A stretch of 64,000 bases of DNA from an uncultured delta proteobacterium (GTDB lineage: Bacteria; Myxococcota_A; Polyangia; Polyangiales; B10-G4): the NCBI GenBank assembly GCA_963727445.1, contig CAVSGI010000010.1, positions 224,001 through 288,000 of the forward strand, written 5' to 3'. Under the pieces are notes generated by a model. The model was not told the origin of the DNA, made no database searches, and saw only the letters and a list, made by a program, of their open reading frames with translations. Of the stretch, positions 43,750 to 56,295 are shown piece by piece. A program made the position numbers and the translations under genes. Numbering within the stretch: position 1 is the stretch's first letter; the number at the start of each line of letters is the position of its first letter.

Positions 43750-45443
43750 CTAGAGCTCGATCGTCTTTTCGATCCATCCGACGCGACGGCTGCCGATGCG
43801 GAGCTTCAGGGTGCCCTCGCCGCGGACCGTCCAACTGAGCTTCTTCGCGTTGCTGGAGCCGCTGCCGCGGACGAAGTGAACCGAGGCCTCCCCGCTGTGG
43901 AAGCCGTGGCCCCATCCCTCGAGATGGCCCAGCTCCATCCGTCCGCCGATGGGCGCCAGGATCTCCACGCCGTGCGCTTCGACCTCCGCCCACAGCCCCT
44001 CGTTGTGGTCGAGCTTCTTACCCGCGTGGGTCACGTAGGTGGGCAGATAGCCGACGTTCGAGATGCGCGCGCTGACCACCTTCGCTTCGCCGGCCTGCTG
44101 TGGAGCGTCGACCTCGAGGTCGAGGCGTGGCGCCATCGCCGCCACGCGGAACCACATGGCGCTCTGCTTCTCGCAGACCTCGGCGAGGAGATCGTAGGGC
44201 GGGTTCCAGACGCCCACGCGCGGATCGAGGCCACCGACCTCGACCTCACCCAGCTGTGGATGCTGGATCTCTTCCAGGGCCGCACGACGCGCCCGGCGTT
44301 CACCTCCTGGTCCCACTTTCGGAAGCCCACGATCTCCTTGCGGCCGATCTTGGAGAAGTGGTCCACGAAGCGCTTCGGGCGTTCGTGACCGAGGCGTGCC
44401 CACAGGTCCCACAGCTCGCAGACGTAGGCCATCGCGCCACGCATGGCGTAGGCCCACTCGCTCAGGTCGCCCCGGAGCGGCGTCTCGGGGCTGTAGGTGA
44501 ACTCTTCGAAGCCGCTCACCATCGGGTAGCCGGTGATGTCCTTTGCCCACGCGCCGAGCTGGCGATAGATGGCGAGGTCCCGCGCGTCCATCTTGTTGTC
44601 GGGCCGATCGCCGCAGGGCCGGATGAAGACACCGCCGAAGCAGTGCAGGTTCACCCACGCGCAGATCTCCGGATGATCGATCGCGAAGTCGATCACCGCG
44701 CGCGACTCCACCTCGCTGCCGGGATAGTCGCCCGCACCCACCTGCTCGTGCTCGGGCGCCCAGTCGAAGGGGAAGTTGCGGTTCAGATCGGGATAGGTGT
44801 CATCGTAGAGCTGCGGGTCCGGGATGTCCCGTCCGTTCCAGTTCGCGATCACCGCCTCGGCGAAGACGCGGTAGTAGGGCGGCGGGTCTTCGATCTCCCG
44901 AGGCGCCATCATCCCGTCCACCTCGACGTACTCGCCGGCGGGATCCTCGATCCGCATGAGCAGCGACGCGCCGTCGCCGTCGAGGTCCTGCGCCCGCCAG
45001 TAGGGCGCCGACTTCCCCTCGCGGCCCGTCTTCGGCACCGAACGGACCCATCTGCCGACGTTGAGGACCTCCTCCGCACCGTCCGGCGAGATGCGCGGGA
45101 GCACGAAGAGCTTCACCCCCCGCAGGAACTCGAGCACGTGCGGGGGCAGGCCGTGCATCGCGCCGTCCTCGGTGTGAAGCCGGATGAAGTCTTCGGCGAT
45201 GGAGAGAGCCACCGACGAGCCTGCGAGCTCCGAGGCATGCATGTTCCCGTCGACCCAGACCGCCGGACGCGTGACGTCCGGATCGGGACCGATGGTGAGC
45301 AGCCAGATGTCGCGACCCTCGGCGGTCACCGCCAGCGACTCGAGGCGCACCACGTCCGGGTGCGCCTCGGCCCAGGCCTTCACCTGCGCCGTCAGCTCTT
45401 CGTGATCGAGGTACTTCTGCCGGAACCCCGTCCCTTCGCTCAT
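43750..45443 (-). CDS. M14 family zinc carboxypeptidase-like protein (frameshift near 44270)
   Basis: DGNMHASE (HxxE), PRISPDG, DLNRNFP, SEVESRA, VNLHCFGG. Confidence 0.85.
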
Positions 45444-45462
45444 GCGAGGAACGGTACCAGAA

Positions 45463-46891
<1,429 letters not shown>

Positions 46892-47114
46892 GCCACTCAA
46901 GTTAGTGCGATCACGAGCAAAAGCGTCCCCCTCCCAGTGTGGTGACTCACGTGTCGGCGCTCAGGCTCTCGAAGAAGGCGGAGCGCCACCGAAACGGAGC
47001 CGCGCCGTAGCGCGGCATTTGCCGCGTGAAGGGGCCGCGCAGCGCAGGTGGCGCGGCGCTGGGAGTGCGCTAACGTGTCGAGGCTCACGCGCACACACTC
47101 ACACCGAGCTTGGC

Positions 47115-48773
47115 TCAGCAGCGCGTCCAGTCGAAGATCGGGCGGTCGGGCTCGCCGTACTTCGTGAGCGCGCCCTGTGGGCCGACCGCGTTCGGGCGCT
47201 GGAAGATCCAGTTCTGCCACGCCGACAGGCGCGCGAAGATCTTGCTCTCGAGCGGTCTCGGGGCCGGGGAAACGCAGGCTCGCCTCCATCCCGGTCAGCG
47301 CATCGGGGCTCAGGCTCACGCGCTCCTCGATGGCGATGCGCACGTCGTCTTCCCAGTCGATGTCGTCGGCGGCGACGGTGATCAGGCCGAGCTCCTCGGC
47401 GTCCTCGGTGGCGATGCGCCTCGCCCGCTCGAGCACCTGCCCGACCTGCTCCGGGCGCGCCGAGAAGCGGGCCGGCGAGGCGCGAGAGGCCGTGGCTCAT
47501 CGGAAAGCGACCGCCGTTGTGGGCTCCGGCCGGACCGCGACCTCACCGTCGTCGTCCTGGAGCATGTAGCTGCGGTCGGCGGCGAGCGCGAGCTCGAAGA
47601 GCGAGCCGGCGAAGCAGGAGCCTTCGTCGACGAGCGCGAAGAAGCTCTTCGCGGTGTAGGTCGAGGCGGCGGAGCACCCGCGCCTGCAGCCGCAGGATCT
47701 CGTTCGCGAGCCAGTGCTCTGCGGTTGTCGCAAGAGCGCTCTGGTCGGCCGCGAGGACCGCCTCCGCGTCGCCGCGGGTCCGAACGACCACCAGGCCGAT
47801 GTCGCCGTGGTTGACCCGCAGTCGCAAGAGCGCGTCGTCGAGCTCGCGGAACGCGCGGAGCGACCACTGCGTCGGCGCCCGCCTTCTGGATCTGCTCGGC
47901 GCTCTCGGGCTGCGCGTCGCTCGGAGCGCTGATCGTGAGCACGGCGGTGCGCTTGCTCGGGTCGACCGAGAGCTGCACGTGTCGATAGGCGACGGTGGTC
48001 ACGCCTTCGTCGCTCGTCTCGACCTTCGGCTCGAGGGGGCCGAGGACGATGCCCTGACCCTTCGTCAGCCCTTCGCTCTGCTTCGACAGGAGCGCTGCCC
48101 GCTCGGCGATGGCGTCGTCGAACTTGCTACGCGGCGCGATCGCGTCGACCAGGCCCCACTCGACGGCGCGCTTTCCGCGGATGCCCTCCTCGGTCGTGCA
48201 GAAGACGTCCGCGCGGTCTCGGCGCACCTTGCGCTTGTCGACCAGCCGAGTGAGCCCGCCGGTGCCCGGCAGCACGGCGAGGAGCGGCACCTCGGGCAGG
48301 CTCACCGCGCTCGACCCGTCGTCGATGAGGAGCACCTCGTCGCACGCCATCGCGAGCTCGTAGCCGCCGCCCGCGCACGGCCCCGCGACCGCCGCGAGGT
48401 ACTTCTGGCCGCTGTGCCTGGAGGCGTCCTCGATGTAGAGGCGCGTCTCGTTGGTGAACTTGCAGAAGTTGACCTTGAAGCTGTGGGTGGAGCTGCCGAG
48501 CATCGGGATGTTCGCGCCAGCGCAGAAGCAACGCTCGATGGCGCTGTCGATCACCACCGTGCGCACTTCGGGGTGCTCGAAGCGAAGGCGCTGCACCGCG
48601 TCGGCCAACTCGATGTCGACGCCGAGGTCGTAGCTGTTGAGCTTCAGCTCGTAGTCGTCGCGGAGCCCGCCGTGGAGCTCGACGCCCATCGTCAGGTGGG
48701 CCGTGTGGCCCGTTACCGTGAGCTTCCAGTGCCTGTAGCGATCGGGGTGAGTCTCGAACGAAATCGCGGTCAT
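47115..48773 (-). CDS. boxC: 2,3-epoxybenzoyl-CoA dihydrolase (frameshifted in 3' half)
   Basis: YRHWKL, LKLNSYDLGVDIELADAVQRLRFEHPEV, KVNFCKFTNETR, SPDALTGMEA, WQNWIFQRPNAVG, FDWTRC. Confidence 0.9.
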
Positions 48774-48894
48774 GGGGGAGGGACCATACGTCAGCGCTGG
48801 GGCGGCCGGCAGCGCTGGACGTGCGAATCCGCACGATCGGGCGTGGGTGGAGCCGGGTGTTTGCATGGATCTCGAGCCGCCCTAGGTTGATCGG

Positions 48895-49500
48895 GTGAGC
48901 GCGCCCCGCCTCGCCTTCTATTTCGACTACTCGTCGCCCTTCGGCTACCTGGCCTCGGTGGACGTCGCGGATGTCGCCACGCGCCACGGCGCCGAGCTCG
49001 CCTACGAGCCGATCCTCCTCGGCGGCCTCTTCAAGGCCATCGGCACGCCGCTGGTGCCCCTCGCGGAGATGTCCGAGCCCAAGCGCCGCTATCAGAGGCT
49101 CGACATGGAGCGGTGGGCGAAGGAGCGCGGGGTCGAGCTTCGCTGGCCGTCGCGCTTTCCTCTGCGCACCGTGAAGCCGCTTCGCATGACGCTCCTCGCG
49201 GAGGCCGAGAAGCGACCGGCGCTCATCGCCTCGTTGATGCGGGCCTGCTGGGTCGAGGATTGCAATCCCGACGACGACGCGGTGCTGCGCGCCTGTGCGG
49301 AGCGCGCCGGAGCGGAGCCCACCTTGGTGGAGGCGACCCGCAGCGACGCGGCGAAATCCGCCCTTCGCGACAAGACGGAGCGCGCCGTCGGGCGTGGCGT
49401 CTTCGGGGTGCCGACCTTCATCGTCGACGATCAGCTCTTCTGGGGGCAGGATCGTCTGGACTTCGTCGAGCGCGCGCTCGATGGTTGGCGGCCTCTGTGA
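48895..49500 (+). CDS. 2-hydroxychromene-2-carboxylate isomerase / DsbA family protein
   Basis: FYFDYSSPFGY, GVFGVPTF, FWGQDRL. Confidence 0.88.
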   Translation: MSAPRLAFYFDYSSPFGYLASVDVADVATRHGAELAYEPILLGGLFKAIGTPLVPLAEMSEPKRRYQRLDMERWAKERGVELRWPSRFPLRTVKPLRMTLLAEAEKRPALIASLMRACWVEDCNPDDDAVLRACAERAGAEPTLVEATRSDAAKSALRDKTERAVGRGVFGVPTFIVDDQLFWGQDRLDFVERALDGWRPL

Positions 49501-50894
49501 TCGCGTTCCGCATCTTCGGCATCCCCGTTCGGGTCCAGCCCTTCTTCGCCATCCTGGCGGTGTTCCTGGGCTTCGGCCTGGTCGATGGACCGGACGGAAC
49601 GCTCATGATCGAGCGCCTGCTCGCCTGGGTCGCCATCGTGTTCAGCGGCGTGCTGGCGCACGAGCTGGGGCACGCCTTCGCCGGACGGGTCTTTGGCCTC
49701 CGGCCGCGCATCGAGCTCCACGGCTTCGGCGGGCTCACGAGCTGGGACGGGCAGGGCAAGAAGCTCACGCCGACCCGAAGCATCGTCGTCAGTCTGGCGG
49801 GGCCCGGTGTGGGGATCGCCTTCGGCATCGCGGCGTGGATCTCCCTCGCCGCCGTGTTCCCAGGGCATCCCTCCTTTGGCGACTTCCTTCACGTGCCGGG
49901 TCGCGCGTCCTTCGGCGAGTTCTGCCTTCTCGCGGCCTTCTGGGTGAACTTCGGTTGGGGCGTGTTGAACCTCGCCCCCATGCTCCCCCTCGACGGCGGC
50001 AACGTGATGGCCTCCACCTTCGAGCTCTTCGCCGGCCGCTCCGGGATCAAAGCGGCACGCTGGATCTCGCTCGTGCTCGCCGCGGGCCTGGTGCTCCTCT
50101 TCGTCGCGCTGCAGCAGATCTACATGTCCGTGCTACTCGGCTTCCTCGCCTACGCGAACTGGCGCGCGCTTCGTCTCGAGCGGGAGGTCGGCCCCGACCA
50201 GGCGCTGCTCGGTCGGCTGGGTACGGCGCAGCGCCGGCTCGACGCTGGCGACGCACGCGGCGCCGAGATGGACGCTCAGAAGGTCCTGGCTGAAGCCAAG
50301 TCACCCGTCGTCCGCTCCCACGCGCTCACCATCCTCACGCTCGCGCGCCTGGGGCTCGGCGATGCGGCGGGCGCGCGCGCCTGCCTGGACCAGATGCCGC
50401 GCAGCCATCCCCCCGACGTGGGCATCGAGGCCGCGGTGCTGCTGGCCGGCGACGACGCCGACGGTGCGTTCGAGCTTCTCGCCAAGCGACTGAGCGATCG
50501 TCAGGGGCCTTTCGTCGAGCAGCGCTTCCTCGACGCGACCGAGCGCACGGGACGATTCGACGAAGCCGCTGCGGTGCTGGACACGCCTCGCGGTCGGTCG
50601 GTGGACATCTCCATCCTGGAGGCCTTCGAGGAGAAGGCCTATCGCGGCGGCCACCACGCGGCGGCGGCCACCATCGGGCAGGTGCTCTGGGACATCGATC
50701 GCCGTCCGACACGCGCCTACAACGTCGCCTGTTCGCTGAGCCGCGCAGGACGCGCCGAAGAAGCGATGGGCTGGCTCGCGCAGGCGAGAAAGGCAGGTTT
50801 CGACAAGATCGACCTCCTCGATGGCGACGACGACTTGGCCCCGCTTCGGCAGCGCGCGGATTGGGCGGACCTTCGACAGAGCTTCGGGGCCTGA
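49497..50894 (+). CDS. Site-2 protease (M50) with C-terminal TPR-like region
   Basis: HELGH, SLAGP, NLAPMLPLDGG; AYNVACSLSRAG; GTGA overlap with upstream gene. Confidence 0.85.
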   Translation: MIAFRIFGIPVRVQPFFAILAVFLGFGLVDGPDGTLMIERLLAWVAIVFSGVLAHELGHAFAGRVFGLRPRIELHGFGGLTSWDGQGKKLTPTRSIVVSLAGPGVGIAFGIAAWISLAAVFPGHPSFGDFLHVPGRASFGEFCLLAAFWVNFGWGVLNLAPMLPLDGGNVMASTFELFAGRSGIKAARWISLVLAAGLVLLFVALQQIYMSVLLGFLAYANWRALRLEREVGPDQALLGRLGTAQRRLDAGDARGAEMDAQKVLAEAKSPVVRSHALTILTLARLGLGDAAGARACLDQMPRSHPPDVGIEAAVLLAGDDADGAFELLAKRLSDRQGPFVEQRFLDATERTGRFDEAAAVLDTPRGRSVDISILEAFEEKAYRGGHHAAAATIGQVLWDIDRRPTRAYNVACSLSRAGRAEEAMGWLAQARKAGFDKIDLLDGDDDLAPLRQRADWADLRQSFGA

Positions 50895-50961
50895 ACCGCG
50901 TCGAAACTCTCTTGGTTTTTTAGAGGTAGGCTCGCTATCATCGCCCGCGGTGAGCAACATC

Positions 50962-52461
50962 ATGCGGAGCGCGGCTATCGCCGCAGTCCTGATGTTCGTG
51001 GGGGGCACCGCCTCTGCCCAGGACGGCCCGGAGGAGCCGGCGGACACCCGCATCGGCTACGGGGACAACGCGCTGCCGGGCTACGGCCGGGTGTTCCTCG
51101 CCCGGCCCACGCCATGGCTCGTGGGCATCGGCGCGAGCGCGGGTTACGGCCTGACCCCCAACGTGCTCGGGATGGACGATACCCATCACCGCATCATGGG
51201 TCGCTTCGCGGCGTCGTTGGCGCCCGTCGACTGGCTCCAGGTCGCTCTCCAGATGGACGGCCGCTACGACAGTCACAGCCTGGCGGGCGGGGCGTCCGAC
51301 GACGGCCTGGTCGGCGATCCGCGGCTGATCCTGCGCGCGGGTGGTGACCTCGGCGGCCTGATCCTCGGCGGTGAGGTCACGCTCTGGGTGCCGGGGGCCG
51401 ACGCGCCCAGCTTGGAGTTCGGTGCAACCACCGTGGACCTGAAGGCATCCGGCGGCTACATGATCACCCCGGACTTCAGCCTCGCGCTCAACGCGGGCTT
51501 CCGGATCGACAACAGCGCGAAGGCGGTCGCCAACGGCGGCAACGATCTCAGCGCTTCCGACCAGATGTCTCTCGGGCTCAGTCAGTGGAACGCCGTGCTC
51601 CTCGGCCTCGGCGGCGCCTATCGCTTCGGGCCCGGCGAGATCTGGGCGGAGTGGTCCTGGGACGTGCTGGTGGGCGACGCGGCGCCGGACATCGGCGCCT
51701 CTCCGATGCGCGTCGACCTCGGCGGTCGCTTCTGGCTCGACTCCGACGGGGCGATCCAGCTTCAGGCCGCCCTCGGCGTCCTGGTCAGCAGCTATCCGAC
51801 ACCCGACATGACCACGGGGCGCCTGCCGCTCATGCCCATCGATCCGCGCTTCCACGCAAACGTGGGGCTCGTCTTCCGCTTCCCGACACCCGCCAAGCCC
51901 TCCGAGGAGATCACTGGCGGTGGCGGCGGTGGCGAAGAAGGTGAAGAGGCAGGGGAGGTCGCGACCGTCAGCGGCCGCGTTCTCGACGCCGGCGGTCAGC
52001 CCGTCGTGGGCGCCACCGTCTCCATCACGCCAGGCCAGGGTGAGGCGCCCGAGCCCGCCACCACCGGCGACGACGGGGGCTTCGAGATCGAAGACGTGCC
52101 GATGGCGCCTGGCGCCACGCTCACCGTGAGCGCGGAGGGCTATCGCGAGTCCACCGAGGCGCTCGACCTGTCGGCTGGCGGCACGGTCACGTCCAACGTC
52201 TCCCTCGAGCGCGACCTGCCGAGCGGCCAGCTCCGCGGCGTGATCCAGTCCTTCCGGGGCCAGCCCATCGCCGCCACCATCCAGGTCACGCCCGGCGACC
52301 ACGAGATCACCGCCGGCGAGGACGGCTCCTTCGAGCTCGACCTCGAGCCCGGCGACTACGAAGTCGTCATCTCCGCCCCCGGCTACGCCAACCAGACCCG
52401 CCCAGTGCAGATCGAGCAGGAAGGCGTGACCATCCTCAACGTCGACCTGCGCCGCGACTAA
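50962..52461 (+). CDS. Outer-membrane beta-barrel protein with two carboxypeptidase-regulatory-like domains
   Basis: Signal peptide, amphipathic beta strands, VSGRVLDAGGQPVVGATV and GDYEVVISAPGY. Confidence 0.7.
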   Translation: MRSAAIAAVLMFVGGTASAQDGPEEPADTRIGYGDNALPGYGRVFLARPTPWLVGIGASAGYGLTPNVLGMDDTHHRIMGRFAASLAPVDWLQVALQMDGRYDSHSLAGGASDDGLVGDPRLILRAGGDLGGLILGGEVTLWVPGADAPSLEFGATTVDLKASGGYMITPDFSLALNAGFRIDNSAKAVANGGNDLSASDQMSLGLSQWNAVLLGLGGAYRFGPGEIWAEWSWDVLVGDAAPDIGASPMRVDLGGRFWLDSDGAIQLQAALGVLVSSYPTPDMTTGRLPLMPIDPRFHANVGLVFRFPTPAKPSEEITGGGGGGEEGEEAGEVATVSGRVLDAGGQPVVGATVSITPGQGEAPEPATTGDDGGFEIEDVPMAPGATLTVSAEGYRESTEALDLSAGGTVTSNVSLERDLPSGQLRGVIQSFRGQPIAATIQVTPGDHEITAGEDGSFELDLEPGDYEVVISAPGYANQTRPVQIEQEGVTILNVDLRRD

Positions 52462-52499
52462 TCCGTCGCGTCCCCGCACGCCTCGAGCGGTGGGACGCG

Positions 52500-54180
52500 C
52501 TATTGCGCGGTCACGCGCACCGGGATCCGGAACCGCACGAGCTCGCCCTGGCCGGGGAAAGTGGTGGTGCGGGCGATCTGGGTGATGCAGGCGCCGAGAG
52601 GGGTCGAGCCGACGTTGGCGGGGGCGACGGAGGCGTTCTGGACGGCGCCGTCGGGGGCGAGCGTGATCACGACCTGCACCACGCCGTCCTCGGGCGCGCT
52701 CGCGGGATGGGAGCGGAAGCAGCCCACCACCTCGCCGCGGCGGGCGTTGAAGGCGCGGCTCAGCACCTGGGCGTTCGGTCCGTGCATGCCGGCGTGCGAT
52801 CGGCGGCGCATGCCCTGCGGGTTGGGCTCGCTCGCCTCGCCCGCGTCGACCTCTTCCTCGGCGCCCGTGTCCGGGGGCCGCGCCTCGCTGGCGTCGGCTG
52901 CCGACTCCATGGTGGCGCTCGCATCCTCTTCCGCGCCGCTCTGAACCACGACGAAGGTCTGCTCGTGATCGGAGGAGTCGGCGCCGATGCGATCGACGAG
53001 GATCACCGCCGCCGCCGCGATGGCGGCGGCGCCGATCAGCCCGACCGCGAGCCAGGGCCAGGGTGAGCGCTTCGACGTCGCGGGCGTGCCGTCGTCCAGG
53101 TCGAGCGGAGATCGGGATCCCGCCGTCCGCGACCGTCGGCGGAGAGCTCGACTTCCGAGGCGGCGGATCCGAAGCCACGATGGGCGGGTTGCGCCAGGAT
53201 TCTTCGCGCTCGGCCAGCGAGGGGAAGCTGATCACGTCGGCGATGCGCGGGTCCTTGAAGTCGCGCTGCACCGCCTCGAGCAGGCGCGCCTGCATCTCCT
53301 CTTCGGTGCCGGGGCGCACCTCGCGAAGCGCGGAGGCCAGCTCGGCGGCGTCAGCGAAGCGCGCATCCGGGGTCTTCCCGAGGGCCCTTTCCAGGACCGT
53401 CTGGAGCTTGGGGGAGACGTCGGAGCGCGCGTCGAGGATCGAGGTGGGGGTGTGCTCGAGGACGCGCGAGACGGTGGTGGCGACGTCCTTCGCGCGGAAC
53501 TCGTTTCGACCCACCAGCAGCTCGTGGAGCACCACCGCGCAGGCGTAGGCATCCGAGCTCGGGCTCGGATCCTCGAGGCGGAAGAGCTCCGGGGCGAGGT
53601 AGGGCATCTTGCCCTTGATGGTGCTCTGCTCGGTCTGTTCGGTCTGATCGGTGCTGCGCGCCACGCCGAAGTCGGCGAGCTTCACCAGCCCCTCCACGTC
53701 GATGAGGATGTTCGCTGGCGACACGTCGCGATGCACGATGTGGAGCAGCTCGCCGTCGTCGCCCTTGAGGTTGTGCGCGTAGTGAAGCGCATCGAGCATC
53801 TTGACGATGATGTGAATGATGAGGTCTGGCGGGAACGGACCATGCACCTTCTTGTGGAAGCGATTCCACTGTCCGAGGTGGTAGCCGTGGACGTACTCGA
53901 TGATCATCAAGTAGTCGCCCTTCTCCTCACCGAAGTCGATCACCCCCACCAGTCCGGGATGCCTCAGGCGCGACATCAGTCGTGCCTCGCGCACGAACAT
54001 GCGCGACATGCTCTGGTCGACCATCAGGTCGGAGGCCATGCGCTTGACGACCACCGGCTTGGTGAAGCCTGACGCGCCTTCGCTGCGAGCCAAATACACG
54101 ACGCCCATCCCGCCCTTGGCGAGGGCGCGAACGACTCGGTATCGGCCGAGAACCGTCCGGCCGATCATGGCGTCCTGCAT
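52500..54180 (-). CDS. Transmembrane Ser/Thr protein kinase with TonB-C/AgmX-like C-terminus (frameshift near 53090)
   Basis: GGMGVVY, HRDVSPANIL, DFG, YLAPE; TM and VVGCF...LGACI...FPG...FRIP in the second frame. Confidence 0.88.
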
Positions 54181-54184
54181 GCTC

Positions 54185-56161
54185 TCAGCGACCTCCGGCG
54201 CGACGGAGATAGTAATGGATCCCCGTGCGCGGGTGGGTGATGCGTATCGCGAGGGCGTCGAGGTCGGTGGGAACCGCCACTTCGCCCCCGAAGCGATGGG
54301 CCGAATCTAGCGGCAGGTTCTGGCCGCTGGCGCTCACGGTGCAGCCTGCGACACAGGTGCCCGATACCCGCACCGTGCCGGAAACCGCCGAACCGGGGTC
54401 GGGATCGCGGATGTAGGCCGCGGTGGTCGCGTTGTCGTAGCGGATGTTGACGGTGGTGACCGGCGAGCGGGAGGGGCTCGCCCCGGGGGCCTCGAAGAAC
54501 ACGCGGTGGGTGCCCTCGGAAATCTGTCCGGACTCCAGCGTCTGGCTGGCCGAGCTCGACTCGTAGGTCTCGTCGCCCACGTGCAGCACGTAGCGGCTCG
54601 CCGACGGTGCCTCGCGCCAGCGCACCGTCACGATAGGCAGGATGTTCTGATAGAGCAGGGTGTAACGCCGGCCGTCGGTGTCGACCACGTTGCGTGAAGG
54701 TCGTCGCGGAAGCTGCTGGCGCCCGCTGTCCCGGCGCACGATCAACGTGCCCTGCGCCACCGCGTCGCCAGTCGGCGAGCCACCGCTCGCGCATCGAAGC
54801 CGGTAGCGGTTCGCGCCGGGCGACACCGAGATGTTCGCCTTGCCGTTGCCGAAGCTCCGCATCTGCGGCCGGCGATAGGAACCACCGCGGGCCACCTCGA
54901 CCACGCCCTCGCCGCCGCCGCACTTCTCGCCGAACTGGACCTGCACGTTCACCGTGCCGCCCGGGTAGTGAATCGTCGCGCTCGCGCCTGCGCTCACCGC
55001 CATGTGCGCGCTCGAAGGCGCGCGCCCGGTGATGTCGAGCACGCCGTCGCCGCGGATGATCCCCGAATCCCCGTCGCGGATGCTGTAGCTCTCGGAGCGG
55101 CCCTGGAGCGTCACCGTGCCGCGCCGGGAGGCCACCGTCGCGTTGCCGTTGTTGGCGACGTGCGCCGAGCTCGAAGCGCCGGCGTCGCTGCCGTGGGTGA
55201 CGAAAGCACCGCCGGGCACCTCGACTTTCACGTCGGTCTCGCCTGCGCTCACCGCGGCGCGCCCGTCTCCGACGCGCATGAGCACCTCCGCGCTCGGCCC
55301 CACCGTGACGGCGCCTGGCCCGGTCACGCGCACGCTGCCCCCATCGCGGCTCGCGTCTACCCGCGCGCGCCGACGCAGCCGCAGCCGGCTTCCGCCGGGT
55401 ACGGTCTCGGTGCCGCGCTCGAGGCGGCTCCAGTTGCCTTCATCGTCCTCGATCTCGACGCGGCCTCGGAAGCTGATCGCCACCTCGGGCAGCAGCAGCT
55501 CGCCTGCGTCTCCGTCGCCGTCGGGTCCCGCATCGAGCGGGCCGGTGTCCGGAGGACCGGTGTCGATCTCCTCGATGATCACATCGCCGAGCTCGACGTC
55601 GAGCACGATCTCCTCGCCCTCACCGAGGTCGATGATGTCGCCATCCGCCGACTCGATCCGCGCCGCGCCGATCAGCACCTCCATGGAGAGCTGGCCGTCG
55701 GCGGAGGAGATCAGCATCTCGCCGCCGGAGAGCAGCCGCGCCTCGCCGAAGTTGCCGGCGATGGCCAGACCGCCTTCGCCGGCGGTGACGCGCGCGGCAC
55801 CCATCTCGACCGAGACCCGCCCCTGGTCCGGGTCGTTGGGTGCGGCGGCGAGAAATCGGACGATGGTGTCGGCGTTGAGCTCGAGCCCGCCGCCTCCCGT
55901 GAGCACCACCTTCGCCGACGATTCGCCCTCTGCCGTGCGGACCGCGTCGCCCATGGCAAACTCGGCGCCGGTCTCGGCGGCCTCCCACTGGCCCTCGTTC
56001 GCCGCGAAGTCCCGGGTCACCGTCCCGTGCGTCTCGACAAGCTCCGCGACCGCGCTCTTTCCGCAGCCACATCCCCCGTCGCAGGCACCGAAGGCCGGCA
56101 GTGACAAGAGGGCCAGGATCCACAGGGACAAGGGACGACGGTTGTGGCGCGTTCGTCTCAC
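54185..56161 (-). CDS. FecR-like domain secreted/lipoprotein
   Basis: GDAVRT...SAKVVL...LELNADT motif typical of FecR-like beta domains; start inferred. Confidence 0.6.
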   Translation of the reverse strand: MRRTRHNRRPLSLWILALLSLPAFGACDGGCGCGKSAVAELVETHGTVTRDFAANEGQWEAAETGAEFAMGDAVRTAEGESSAKVVLTGGGGLELNADTIVRFLAAAPNDPDQGRVSVEMGAARVTAGEGGLAIAGNFGEARLLSGGEMLISSADGQLSMEVLIGAARIESADGDIIDLGEGEEIVLDVELGDVIIEEIDTGPPDTGPLDAGPDGDGDAGELLLPEVAISFRGRVEIEDDEGNWSRLERGTETVPGGSRLRLRRRARVDASRDGGSVRVTGPGAVTVGPSAEVLMRVGDGRAAVSAGETDVKVEVPGGAFVTHGSDAGASSSAHVANNGNATVASRRGTVTLQGRSESYSIRDGDSGIIRGDGVLDITGRAPSSAHMAVSAGASATIHYPGGTVNVQVQFGEKCGGGEGVVEVARGGSYRRPQMRSFGNGKANISVSPGANRYRLRCASGGSPTGDAVAQGTLIVRRDSGRQQLPRRPSRNVVDTDGRRYTLLYQNILPIVTVRWREAPSASRYVLHVGDETYESSSASQTLESGQISEGTHRVFFEAPGASPSRSPVTTVNIRYDNATTAAYIRDPDPGSAVSGTVRVSGTCVAGCTVSASGQNLPLDSAHRFGGEVAVPTDLDALAIRITHPRTGIHYYLRRAGGR

Positions 56162-56251
56162 GAGCAGTCGGCGGGCGGGGTCCACCCCCACAACGCGACG
56201 AAACTCTATCGCAAATCCGCACTGAATAAGTGATTTTTGGCGGTCCCACAG

Positions 56252-56291
56252 GGATCTATTTGCATTCATGCGAATCAAGGCATATAGATCC
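56252..56291 (+). promoter_or_regulatory. Promoter/operator of sahR-ahcY
   Basis: GGATCTAT-N24-ATAGATCC inverted repeat enclosing TTGCAT-17-TATAGA. Confidence 0.45.
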
Positions 56292-56295
56292 GCCG

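Noticed and set aside
50938..54180. 1080-aa kinase ORF
   Set aside because: Artefact of a frameshift near 53090; the true C-terminus is in the 52500-53006 frame
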